64,000 nucleotides of DNA from a virus: IMG/VR virus record IMGVR_UViG_3300014059_000004; one strand, written 5' to 3'. The position numbers and the translations under genes were made by a program. How positions within the stretch are numbered: position 1 is the first letter of the stretch; each line of letters begins with the position of its first letter. The notes beneath the pieces were generated by a model. The model saw nothing but the letters and a program-made list of their open reading frames with translations, was not told the origin of the DNA and searched no databases. Positions 47,119 through 55,053 of this stretch are shown piece after piece.

Positions 47119-48087
47119 ATGAAAGTCCTCATAACTGGCTACGCAGGGTTCATTGGTTCAAATTTGACAGCAGCATGCGTAGCTGCTGGTTGGACAGTTA
47201 CTGGTGCTGATGATTTTTCTAATGGGCACGCAGAATTTTTGAGCGATTCAACTCTTCGAGAAATTCGTGAATTTAAGTGTGATTTTTCTGATGAAGCAGT
47301 TCTTCAGAAGATCAGGGACAAAGAGTTTGACGTTGTCATCCATCTTGCTGCTGTTCCAAGAGTTTCGTACTCTGTGGAGCATCCGTTTGAAACGAACGAT
47401 GCAAACGTCACGAAGACGCTGAAGTTGCTGGAAGCATGCAGAGGAAACATCACACGGTTCGTCTTTGCTTCATCTTCTTCAGTGTACGGCGGCGCTCTTA
47501 AGCTACCCACGCATGAGAGCGAAGAGAAGAATCCCAAGTCGCCGTACGCGCTTCAGAAATCTATCATCGAAGATTACTTGACGTTGTACAAGACGTTCTA
47601 CGGTCTAGATTCTGTCTCCTTGAGGTTCTTCAACGTCTTTGGACCCAACGCGCTGGGTGGTTCTCCGTACGCAACTGCGCTCGCCGCGTGGTTGACGGCC
47701 ATCAAGAAGGGTGAACCGCTTCGCTTCGATGGTGACGGCTCTCAATCAAGAGACTTGTGTTACGTTGACAACGTTGTTGATGCATGCATGAAGGCCGCAA
47801 CAGCGCAGCTTCCATCTGCTGAAGCGCATCGATTCAACGTAGCATGTGGAACTGAAGTATCCAACAACGACATCATTCTTTACCTTCTGAAGCGTTACGG
47901 CGGGTTCAAGCTCAACGTCGCGCCTACACGGCCAGGTGATGTGAAGCGAACGCTAGCAAACATCAGCGGTGCATCAGTTTACCTTGCGTACAGCGTAAAA
48001 GTTCCTGTTTGGGAAGGTATTGCTCGCACATGCGATTGGTACGACAACAATTGGGACTGGGCAAAGAACCTAAAGCTTAACGTCTGA
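47119..48087 (+). CDS. NAD-dependent UDP-sugar 4-epimerase-like SDR
   Basis: 'VLITGYAGFIGSNL', 'FASSSSVYGG' and 'YALQKS' (YxxxK). Confidence 0.65.
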   Translation: MKVLITGYAGFIGSNLTAACVAAGWTVTGADDFSNGHAEFLSDSTLREIREFKCDFSDEAVLQKIRDKEFDVVIHLAAVPRVSYSVEHPFETNDANVTKTLKLLEACRGNITRFVFASSSSVYGGALKLPTHESEEKNPKSPYALQKSIIEDYLTLYKTFYGLDSVSLRFFNVFGPNALGGSPYATALAAWLTAIKKGEPLRFDGDGSQSRDLCYVDNVVDACMKAATAQLPSAEAHRFNVACGTEVSNNDIILYLLKRYGGFKLNVAPTRPGDVKRTLANISGASVYLAYSVKVPVWEGIARTCDWYDNNWDWAKNLKLNV

Positions 48088-48237
48088 TGAAATCAGATCA
48101 TCATGTCCACTTTATGCTATGGGTGCTGTTGCTGTTCACAATCGTTCTGTCGATCGTTGACATTAGGGCACACAATGAGATGAAGGTGAGAATTCAAACG
48201 CTAGAAGACAAGGTGCTGGACCTGGAGATGAAGACGA

Positions 48238-48897
48238 ATGATACGAATTGAGCATAGAGTCAGCGATGTTCGGAGTTGGTTCCGTGAGCTAAAAGCATCT
48301 GGCGAGCACGTGACCGACAAAACAGGTTGCAAGATGATTGAGGTCATAGGTGCAACGTTCATTGCGGATGAAGAAGCTATCTTTGGGACCGTGAACAGGG
48401 ACTACGCAGCTAGGGAGATCGAGTGGTACAAGTCTATGTCTCTTAACGTTCATGATATCCCTGGCGGTGCACCTGCTGCTTGGGTTGCATGCGCTACACC
48501 TAACGGTGAGATCAACTCGAACTATGGTTATCTTATCTGGAGCCCTGAGAATCACGATCAGTACAGCAACGTTCTAGCTGAACTTCGTCGAGCTCCAGAA
48601 AGCCGACGCGCAGAGATGGTGTACACGCGTCCTTCGATCTGGAAAGATTACAACCGTAGCGGGATGAGCGACTTCATCTGTACTGATTCAGTCCAGTACT
48701 TCGTCAGAAATGGAGAGCTGGTTGCTGACGTTCGCATGAGGTCGAACGATGTCTTGTATGGATATCGCAACGACCGCGTCTGGCAAGATTTTGTTCACAA
48801 GCAGCTTGCTAACGATTTGGGCGTCAAAGTTGGTCCCATGATTTGGCATGCGGGTTCTTTGCACGTATACGAAAAGCATTGGCACTTGGTTGAATAG
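48238..48897 (+). CDS. thymidylate synthase (ThyA)-family enzyme, probably a dUMP/dCMP hydroxymethylase-type paralog
   Basis: 'DKTGCKMIEVIGATF' (compare ThyA 'DRTGTGTLSVFG'). Catalytic-Cys region 'DFICTDSVQYFV'. 'RMRSNDVLYG' (compare 'QRSCDVFLG'). '...GSLHVYEKH' (compare 'GDTHLYSNH'). Confidence 0.55.
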   Translation: MIRIEHRVSDVRSWFRELKASGEHVTDKTGCKMIEVIGATFIADEEAIFGTVNRDYAAREIEWYKSMSLNVHDIPGGAPAAWVACATPNGEINSNYGYLIWSPENHDQYSNVLAELRRAPESRRAEMVYTRPSIWKDYNRSGMSDFICTDSVQYFVRNGELVADVRMRSNDVLYGYRNDRVWQDFVHKQLANDLGVKVGPMIWHAGSLHVYEKHWHLVE

Positions 48898-49074
48898 CAT
48901 GGCAAAGCAAAAAGGAGATCAGCTACCATCGATTGAGAAGATGTTCGAGGTAGCAGTAAGAAGCGTCGTTGAGCTCGGTGAGATGCTCGGGTTGAGCATT
49001 GATCAAGTGGTTGAGCTCATAAAAGTAGCCTGGCAGACTGAAGTGAACTACAAAGAAGAAAAGGAGAATGGAAA

Positions 49075-49632
49075 ATGACTGTTATTGTTGGCGTCGTTGA
49101 GGGAAAGAACGTTTGGCTCGGTGGTGATCGTGCAGCAACTGGTGGCGGTCTAGACAGGGTTCTCTTGAAGCATCCGAAGATCTTCTTGAAGAACGGCATC
49201 GGCGTTGGTGTTTGCGGGTTGCCAAAGGTCATGGATGCTATCAAGCATGGCATCGAATTCCCGCCGCACGAGAGCGGTTCTGCGAAGGACTATCTTGTCA
49301 GCAAGTGGGTACCTGCGATCCGCGAAGGTTTGAAGAAGTTTGATTGCACTGAGGAGCATCGTGGTCAGCACTACTTCCACGGTGCGCTACTCATTGCATA
49401 CAGGGGTGAGCTGCACGAGCTCGAGGGAAACTTCCAGCTCGTTGAGAGTGCTCGTGGTTACGCTTCTGTTGGCTCTGGATCCCCTGCAGCGTTGGGTGCA
49501 TTGAAGGCTTCGAAGGGCGTGGGGCCGGCGAAGAAGAGAGTTCTGGATTCTCTCAAGGCTGCCGCAGAAGAGAATGCCGGGTGCGCTCCTCCGTTCGACA
49601 CGCTTGTCGTTGTCGGATTACTAGTGTTCTAG
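49075..49632 (+). CDS. HslV/ClpQ-like Ntn-hydrolase (proteasome beta-type peptidase)
   Basis: 'MTVIVGVVEGKNVWLGGDRAATGGG' (compare HslV '[23 protein letters not shown]'). 'VGSGSPAALGALKA' (compare 'IGSGGPYAQAAARAL'). Confidence 0.5.
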   Translation: MTVIVGVVEGKNVWLGGDRAATGGGLDRVLLKHPKIFLKNGIGVGVCGLPKVMDAIKHGIEFPPHESGSAKDYLVSKWVPAIREGLKKFDCTEEHRGQHYFHGALLIAYRGELHELEGNFQLVESARGYASVGSGSPAALGALKASKGVGPAKKRVLDSLKAAAEENAGCAPPFDTLVVVGLLVF

Positions 49633-49651
49633 ACCGGTTAGAGTAGCGATC

Positions 49652-50221
49652 ATGAGCAAGCAAGCTAATCCAACATTCGTGATGTACGTCGGACCCATGT
49701 GGTCATCAAAATCATCTCGATTGTTGATGGAGCTTGAGCGTTGCAAGTACCAGAAGAGAAACGCTCTAGTTTTCAAGCCTGCGATAGATGATCGCTACTC
49801 TACGTCTCAGATCGTGACGCACGGTGGTTGGCGTCACGATGCAGTCACTGTCAATAACGCAGAAGGTATTCTTGCGAAAGTTCTTGAAGAGCAGAACAAC
49901 GACATTAGCATCATCGCAGTAGATGAAGCTTTCATGATTAACGGCGTTGCTGATGCTTTGACGTTCTTGTACAGGAACGGCTACAACATCATAGTGTCAA
50001 CGCTTGACACTGCATTCAATGGTAAGCCGTTCGATGAAGTGACAAAGATGCTGCCTTGGGCAACGTCAATAGAGAAGTGCTCAGCAGTGTGCACGATCTG
50101 CTCGCAAGATGCTCATTTTACGTACAAGAAGAGCGAAGATGAAACGTTGCTTGAAGTTGGCGGGCACGAGCTATACGAGCCGCGTTGCTTGCGATGTCAT
50201 CCTTTCATAGTGCTAACATGA
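49652..50221 (+). CDS. tdk: thymidine kinase
   Basis: 'MYVGPMWSSKSS' P-loop. C-terminal Zn ribbon 'CAVCTICS...CLRCH'. Confidence 0.75.
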   Translation: MSKQANPTFVMYVGPMWSSKSSRLLMELERCKYQKRNALVFKPAIDDRYSTSQIVTHGGWRHDAVTVNNAEGILAKVLEEQNNDISIIAVDEAFMINGVADALTFLYRNGYNIIVSTLDTAFNGKPFDEVTKMLPWATSIEKCSAVCTICSQDAHFTYKKSEDETLLEVGGHELYEPRCLRCHPFIVLT

Positions 50222-51504
50222 TTCAATCTGAAATAGATTTGTGTCCTATTTGTCATGGCAAAAAAAAGTCAAAAAATGATTACTGTTCAAAAACATGCTT
50301 CCAGAAAAGCAAACGAGTCACCATTAAATGCGTTCAATGTAATTCTGCATTCAATGTTTTGAAGTGTTATGCTGACAATGGAAGAAAGTTTTGTTCAAGA
50401 AAATGTAGCGCTTTGCACAACAAAGCTGAACAAAAATCTATAACGCATGTTCAAGTAAATTGCTCTTGGTGTAACAAAACAAATTTTCGTTATCGTTCAA
50501 CAATTGTTGCGCATGCAAATTGTTTTTGTGGTAGAGAATGTTATCTAGCATTTCATTCACAAAATAAAATTGTAGTGCAATGCAGTGGAAAAGATTGTTC
50601 AAACTTTGTGAAAAGCAATCTGAAACATCATTATGATCGTTATTGTTCTCGTGATTGTTACAAAAGATCTTACGAACCAGAAAATTTTAACAAGAACTTT
50701 CTTAAAGGAAGATACAAGTCAACAAAGGCTGGAACAGTTCATTACGATTCTAGCTATGAGCTACGAAGATTCAAAGAACTGGATTTTGACAATACAGTTC
50801 TAGCATGGGGTAGATGTAAAGATAAAATTCTTTGGTCTGATGAAGAAGGTAATGCACACTATTACAATCCTGATCTCTTCATCAATTATGACTCTAATAT
50901 CGTGGTCGTTGAAGAGATTAAGGGCTACGTTAATGAACATACGAATAAAAAGATCGAAGCCGCTAGATCTTTTTATTCCAACAAGAACATTGAATTTCGC
51001 GTGATTTATGAACGCGATCTTGAACCTATTGAAAAAATTCATGAATACTATGAAAATGACATAGGCACATTCAGTAGATCGTCATATGATTCTATTTGGA
51101 TGCATGTTGCAGTTGCATTTGCAAAAAGATCAACATGTTGCAGATTGCGAGTTGGCGCAGTTTTTGTTGATCAACATAATGAACGCGTTCTATGCCTGGG
51201 CTACAATGGATCAAATTCTGGAGGGCTTAATGGCTGTGATTCCCTAACACCAGGTTCTTGTGGTTGCATTCATGCAGAAATTAATGCCATTTCTCACGCA
51301 TCTGAATCTCTTGAAAATTCCACAGTTTACGTAACTACATCTCCATGCATAATGTGTGCAAAAAGTCTAATTAACAGTCGAGTTGGAAGAATCGTGTACT
51401 TGCAAAAGTACAGAAATTCAACTGGTGTAAAATTGCTTCGTGAAGCTGGAATTCAAGTTGATTCTTATCAGGATCTAGTAGATTTCTCAAATGAATCAAG
51501 ATGA
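50185..51504 (+). CDS. in-frame fusion: Zn-finger/PD-(D/E)xK homing-endonuclease-like N-terminal region plus dCMP deaminase (deaminase could start independently at M 51100)
   Basis: N-terminal multiple CxxC motifs and 'YNPDLFINYDSNIVVVEEIKG'. C-terminal 'MHVAVAFAKRSTCC...VGAVFV' and 'CIHAEINAI...SPCIMCAKSLIN' deaminase motifs. Confidence 0.55.
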   Translation: MLAMSSFHSANMIQSEIDLCPICHGKKKSKNDYCSKTCFQKSKRVTIKCVQCNSAFNVLKCYADNGRKFCSRKCSALHNKAEQKSITHVQVNCSWCNKTNFRYRSTIVAHANCFCGRECYLAFHSQNKIVVQCSGKDCSNFVKSNLKHHYDRYCSRDCYKRSYEPENFNKNFLKGRYKSTKAGTVHYDSSYELRRFKELDFDNTVLAWGRCKDKILWSDEEGNAHYYNPDLFINYDSNIVVVEEIKGYVNEHTNKKIEAARSFYSNKNIEFRVIYERDLEPIEKIHEYYENDIGTFSRSSYDSIWMHVAVAFAKRSTCCRLRVGAVFVDQHNERVLCLGYNGSNSGGLNGCDSLTPGSCGCIHAEINAISHASESLENSTVYVTTSPCIMCAKSLINSRVGRIVYLQKYRNSTGVKLLREAGIQVDSYQDLVDFSNESR

Positions 51505-51631
51505 TCATCAACGCTGGAATCTCTAGGGTCGTGTATGACATCCAGTACAGGGATTCGTCAGGTCTTGTCTTGCTGCAATCAGTTGGTATTGAAGTCATGA
51601 GAACATCGGACGCAATACTTACATCGAGAAC

Positions 51632-51967
51632 ATGAGAGCACTTACTGATAAGGACATCATAGAAGTCTTCCGTGAAGAGTGGGACTCACGTGTTGCGTCT
51701 CTAACGGAGACCGTCGACGTTGCGATGACTGCAAAGATCGGCAAAGGAGAAGAGAAGATGATCATCGCTCCAGAGCTGAAAGTTCTTCACAAGAACAGTG
51801 GAATTCGCTACACAGTGGATTCAGTCGGTCCTAACGATTGCATACTCAGGACGCCAGAGGGTGAAAAATTCCTGATTGATGCAGAAGAACTTGAAAAGAA
51901 TTACGAGCTGAGCTTACAAGGAAAAGATCATGAGCAAAAAGAACATACTGGAAGGTCTAGACCTTGA
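51632..51967 (+). CDS. hypothetical protein
   Basis: 111-aa ORF. Confidence 0.3.
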   Translation: MRALTDKDIIEVFREEWDSRVASLTETVDVAMTAKIGKGEEKMIIAPELKVLHKNSGIRYTVDSVGPNDCILRTPEGEKFLIDAEELEKNYELSLQGKDHEQKEHTGRSRP

Positions 51968-52646
51968 TAAGACGATCAGAGATGCGCTATCGCGTTCCGC
52001 TGCAGTGAAAGAAGTTGGAAAGATCAACGAGTCCTACGTTGCAGAACCGAAGCCGTTCAAGCAAGTCTCTGAGATGGTTTCGCAGAAGACCAAAGAAGCG
52101 CACACAACTCTTTACCGTGAGTACGTTGACACGTTGAACAATGTTTCTGCGCAGCTTGACACTGCTGACAGGGGCGCTTCAAATTCAAAGCACAGTGACT
52201 TCAGGTCATTGAAGCTTGATGAAGCGTACAACCTCAATGCTGTGTGGCTTCATGAGCTGTACTTTGCGAACTGCTACGATCCTCATTCTGAGATCGTGAT
52301 GGATTCAATCGCTTACATCAAGCTGCAGAGAGACTTCGGAACGTTCGAAGATTGGCAACGTGACTTCATCGCATGTGCCATGGCTGCTGGAAATGGATGG
52401 GCTGTTTGCGGGTACCACACTTTCTTGAAGAAGTACATCAACGTTCCAATCAGCCACCACAGTGGAGATATCCCACTAGGCTTCTACCCAGTGATCGTTG
52501 TCGACATGTGGGAGCATGCATACGCTAGAGACTACTTGACCGATAAGAAGAGCTACTTGATCGCTCAGATGAGAGAGATCAATTGGGAAGTTTGCGAAGA
52601 TCGTTTTAAGAGAGCTGAAGCAATCGGCGTGGCGGTGAAGTCATGA
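51930..52646 (+). CDS. Fe/Mn superoxide dismutase-like protein (divergent)
   Basis: 'HTTLYREYVDTLNNV', 'NGWAVCGYH' and C-terminal 'VVDMWEHAYARDY' (SOD 'DxWEHAYY' motif). Confidence 0.4.
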   Translation: MSKKNILEGLDLDKTIRDALSRSAAVKEVGKINESYVAEPKPFKQVSEMVSQKTKEAHTTLYREYVDTLNNVSAQLDTADRGASNSKHSDFRSLKLDEAYNLNAVWLHELYFANCYDPHSEIVMDSIAYIKLQRDFGTFEDWQRDFIACAMAAGNGWAVCGYHTFLKKYINVPISHHSGDIPLGFYPVIVVDMWEHAYARDYLTDKKSYLIAQMREINWEVCEDRFKRAEAIGVAVKS

Positions 52647-53212
52647 AGACTTTTAAGGTTCGCTTGGGTGATCTTCGGCGTGTTCTAAGAGAAGAGATTC
52701 TCAGAGAAGAAGGCGAAGCGCCAACGCCACCAACAGAAGAGCCGGGAGAAGATTCACTAGACTCTCAGGTCGATCGTTACTTGAATGACTATGAAAAAGA
52801 AGCAAAGTCCGCAAAGACCGAGGGTCGCGATTGGCGAATGACTGTGCGTCGAATCGTTGAAGCTGGTGAAGATGACGACAAGGGTGATGATTCTAGCGAT
52901 GAACCAAAGAAGCTTACTGTTGAAGACATTGACGTGGGCTCTTTTGTCAACGGCGTTGTCAGGTTGATAGACAACTACGACTCCTTGCTAGAAGTTAGAA
53001 ATACGATCTTGCGTAGGGCGTCAAACTTCTTGTCGAAGAATTACGATGAGTCAGTTGCTGATTCATTCAAAGAGCAGCTTCGCAACGAGCATGGTATGGA
53101 GATCGGTAAGTCAAGGGATGAAATGGAAGATGAATTCACTGCACCTCCAGCTGATCGAGCAGGTGATGGAGGCGTCGGCGGAGGAGGAGCAGTCTTAGTT
53201 CATGAAATCTGA
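52643..53212 (+). CDS. leader-family acidic protein
   Basis: 'MKTFKVRLGDLRRVLREEIL' leader. Gly-rich tail. Confidence 0.4.
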   Translation: MKTFKVRLGDLRRVLREEILREEGEAPTPPTEEPGEDSLDSQVDRYLNDYEKEAKSAKTEGRDWRMTVRRIVEAGEDDDKGDDSSDEPKKLTVEDIDVGSFVNGVVRLIDNYDSLLEVRNTILRRASNFLSKNYDESVADSFKEQLRNEHGMEIGKSRDEMEDEFTAPPADRAGDGGVGGGGAVLVHEI

Positions 53213-53555
53213 CGCGCTTGTCACAAAGAAAAGCTTGCACATCAACCTTGACAAAGAGGTGCATGCTGAACTACGCGTTAAATCTTTCCATCATGGTGTT
53301 TCTCTTCAAGAACTATTTGATGAGTTCGCTAGGCAAGTTATTGATGACGCTGGGCCGGGTTACAACGTCTTGAAAGGCCTAGTGACGAAGAAAATACGTG
53401 CAGCTCTCGATGATGCTCCAAAGCCAAAGAGAGATTACGGCAAAAAATTGCATGAACTTGACGCTGAAGCGATGTATACTCTAATAGAGGAAAATGAAAG
53501 ACGTGAAAAACTTGAAGAAATCGCTCGAAGAGAAGCTGCTGGCGAAAGCGATTGA
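53202..53555 (+). CDS. hypothetical protein
   Basis: 117-aa ORF. Confidence 0.3.
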   Translation: MKSDALVTKKSLHINLDKEVHAELRVKSFHHGVSLQELFDEFARQVIDDAGPGYNVLKGLVTKKIRAALDDAPKPKRDYGKKLHELDAEAMYTLIEENERREKLEEIARREAAGESD

Positions 53556-53807
53556 TGCATTTGAGTACTTGATGTCAGCGTCTGGGATGTTGACTGAGAC
53601 CAAGTCTGACATCCTAGCTCTGTCTATCAACGTTAGTTCAGTCGCTAAGTCGATTGTCTCTCTTGCTAAAGCCTACAAGGTTCACAATGAGCGCATTGCT
53701 GAGATTGAAGCAACGCAGAAGAAGATCATCGAACTGTTGAAGGGAAAACCAGCTGAATATGCTCCCGCAACAAAGACAAAAGAAGTCCCGAACAAGCCGA
53801 ACTTACG

Positions 53808-54200
53808 ATGGCAAAATTTTGGGCATTCGTCAAAGCTTACTGGCAACTTGCCGTTGGATTTCTCATTGCTGTCGCTGGTTTCTTCATCTTTACGAGGCAA
53901 AAATCTTCTTTTTCTGACCAGCTGTCAGATATCAAGAAGGCGCACGAGGAAGAGATTAAGAAGATCAATGAGGCACGTGAAGAAGAGCGAAAAGCTCACA
54001 TCGAGAACGAGCGTAAGCTCAATGAAACGTTGATGTCAATCCAGCAGCAGTACGAAGCTGCTAAGAGAGACCTTGACGAGAAGAAGCGTAAGGAGATTGA
54101 GAACATCGTGAAAAAGTGGAGCGATGATCCGACCGAGCTTTCAAAGCAACTGTCGGAAGCGGCAGGTTTCACAGTTGTCATCCCCACGGGTGGTAAGTGA
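53808..54200 (+). CDS. type-II membrane protein with coiled coil (i-spanin-like)
   Basis: N-terminal TM 'WQLAVGFLIAVAGFFIF', then charged coiled-coil region. Confidence 0.4.
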   Translation: MAKFWAFVKAYWQLAVGFLIAVAGFFIFTRQKSSFSDQLSDIKKAHEEEIKKINEAREEERKAHIENERKLNETLMSIQQQYEAAKRDLDEKKRKEIENIVKKWSDDPTELSKQLSEAAGFTVVIPTGGK

Positions 54201-54691
54201 AAAAGTTCATCACGCTAGTAACGTTTCTGACGTTCTTCTTTTCAGCAATCCCTGGTCGATGCGAAGGGTTGACTGTGCCAGCAGTTCCAGCTGCTGAACC
54301 AGATCCTGGTGCTGTGACGACTCCTATGAAAAAGGGTGAGCCAGCACCTTACACTGGTGTTTTGCTATCGCCAAAAGCTGTTGCAAGCATCATCGTGCAG
54401 CTAAATTCTTCCAAAGATCAAGTGAAGATCGAAGTTGACAAGGCGAAAGCTGAAGCTGCCGCACAGTCGCAGTTCAAGCTCGCAGAACTTCAAGCAACGA
54501 CTGACGCTGAGAAGAAGATCCTAAGTGCATCAATCGTTGCAAAAGAAAAAGAGATTGCTGCGCTAAACGAAGAGATTCGAAAGCAATCATCTAGCTCTAG
54601 CAATCCCATGCTGTGGGTTGCTGGTGGTTTTGCTGGCGGCGCTGTTTTCACCGTGCTCACCGTTTTTGCTCTATCGCATGCGACCAAATGA
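54197..54691 (+). CDS. secreted/lipoprotein-like protein with C-terminal TM (u-spanin-like topology)
   Basis: Signal 'MKKFITLVTFLTFFFSAIPGRC'. Coiled-coil middle. C-terminal TM 'WVAGGFAGGAVFTVLTVFAL'. Confidence 0.4.
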   Translation: MKKFITLVTFLTFFFSAIPGRCEGLTVPAVPAAEPDPGAVTTPMKKGEPAPYTGVLLSPKAVASIIVQLNSSKDQVKIEVDKAKAEAAAQSQFKLAELQATTDAEKKILSASIVAKEKEIAALNEEIRKQSSSSSNPMLWVAGGFAGGAVFTVLTVFALSHATK

Positions 54692-54726
54692 TCTGTACGG
54701 CCTATTTAGGACCAGAGGTTGTCGAC

Positions 54727-55053
54727 ATGGAAGAAGAGAAGAAAGCCGCTGATCCAACTGAGGTTCAGTCTAAGTGGTATTGGGTGAAAGACGCAGCTGG
54801 ACATGGAAGCGTCACAGTCACTCTTGTCTTCGTATCATTTTGGGTTACAACGTTGGCTTACGTGCTCTCCATGTTTGAGACGCTTGGTCCTATTCATGTC
54901 CGTCCATTCGATGTTGCTGCATGTGCCAGCTATTTTGCTCCTATCCTTGCGTTGTATTTTGGACGACGCTATACTGATGCGAAGCTTGGCAATCCTAACA
55001 TCCCGCAAGCAGAAGCTCCCAAGGGCGAATTATGGCACAAAAGATCACTGTAA
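54727..55053 (+). CDS. two-TM small membrane protein (holin-like)
   Basis: Start moved to the ATG with 'gagg' RBS. TMs 'VTVTLVFVSFWVTTLAYVL' and 'AACASYFAPILALYFG'. Confidence 0.35.
   Translation: MEEEKKAADPTEVQSKWYWVKDAAGHGSVTVTLVFVSFWVTTLAYVLSMFETLGPIHVRPFDVAACASYFAPILALYFGRRYTDAKLGNPNIPQAEAPKGELWHKRSL

Noticed and set aside
53494-54033. 179-aa ORF overlapping the TM/coiled-coil gene 53808-54200.
   Set aside because: Its last about 75 codons are an Arg/Ser-rich low-complexity tail in the alternative frame of a well-formed membrane protein gene. The real product probably ends near 53810, or the ORF is spurious.
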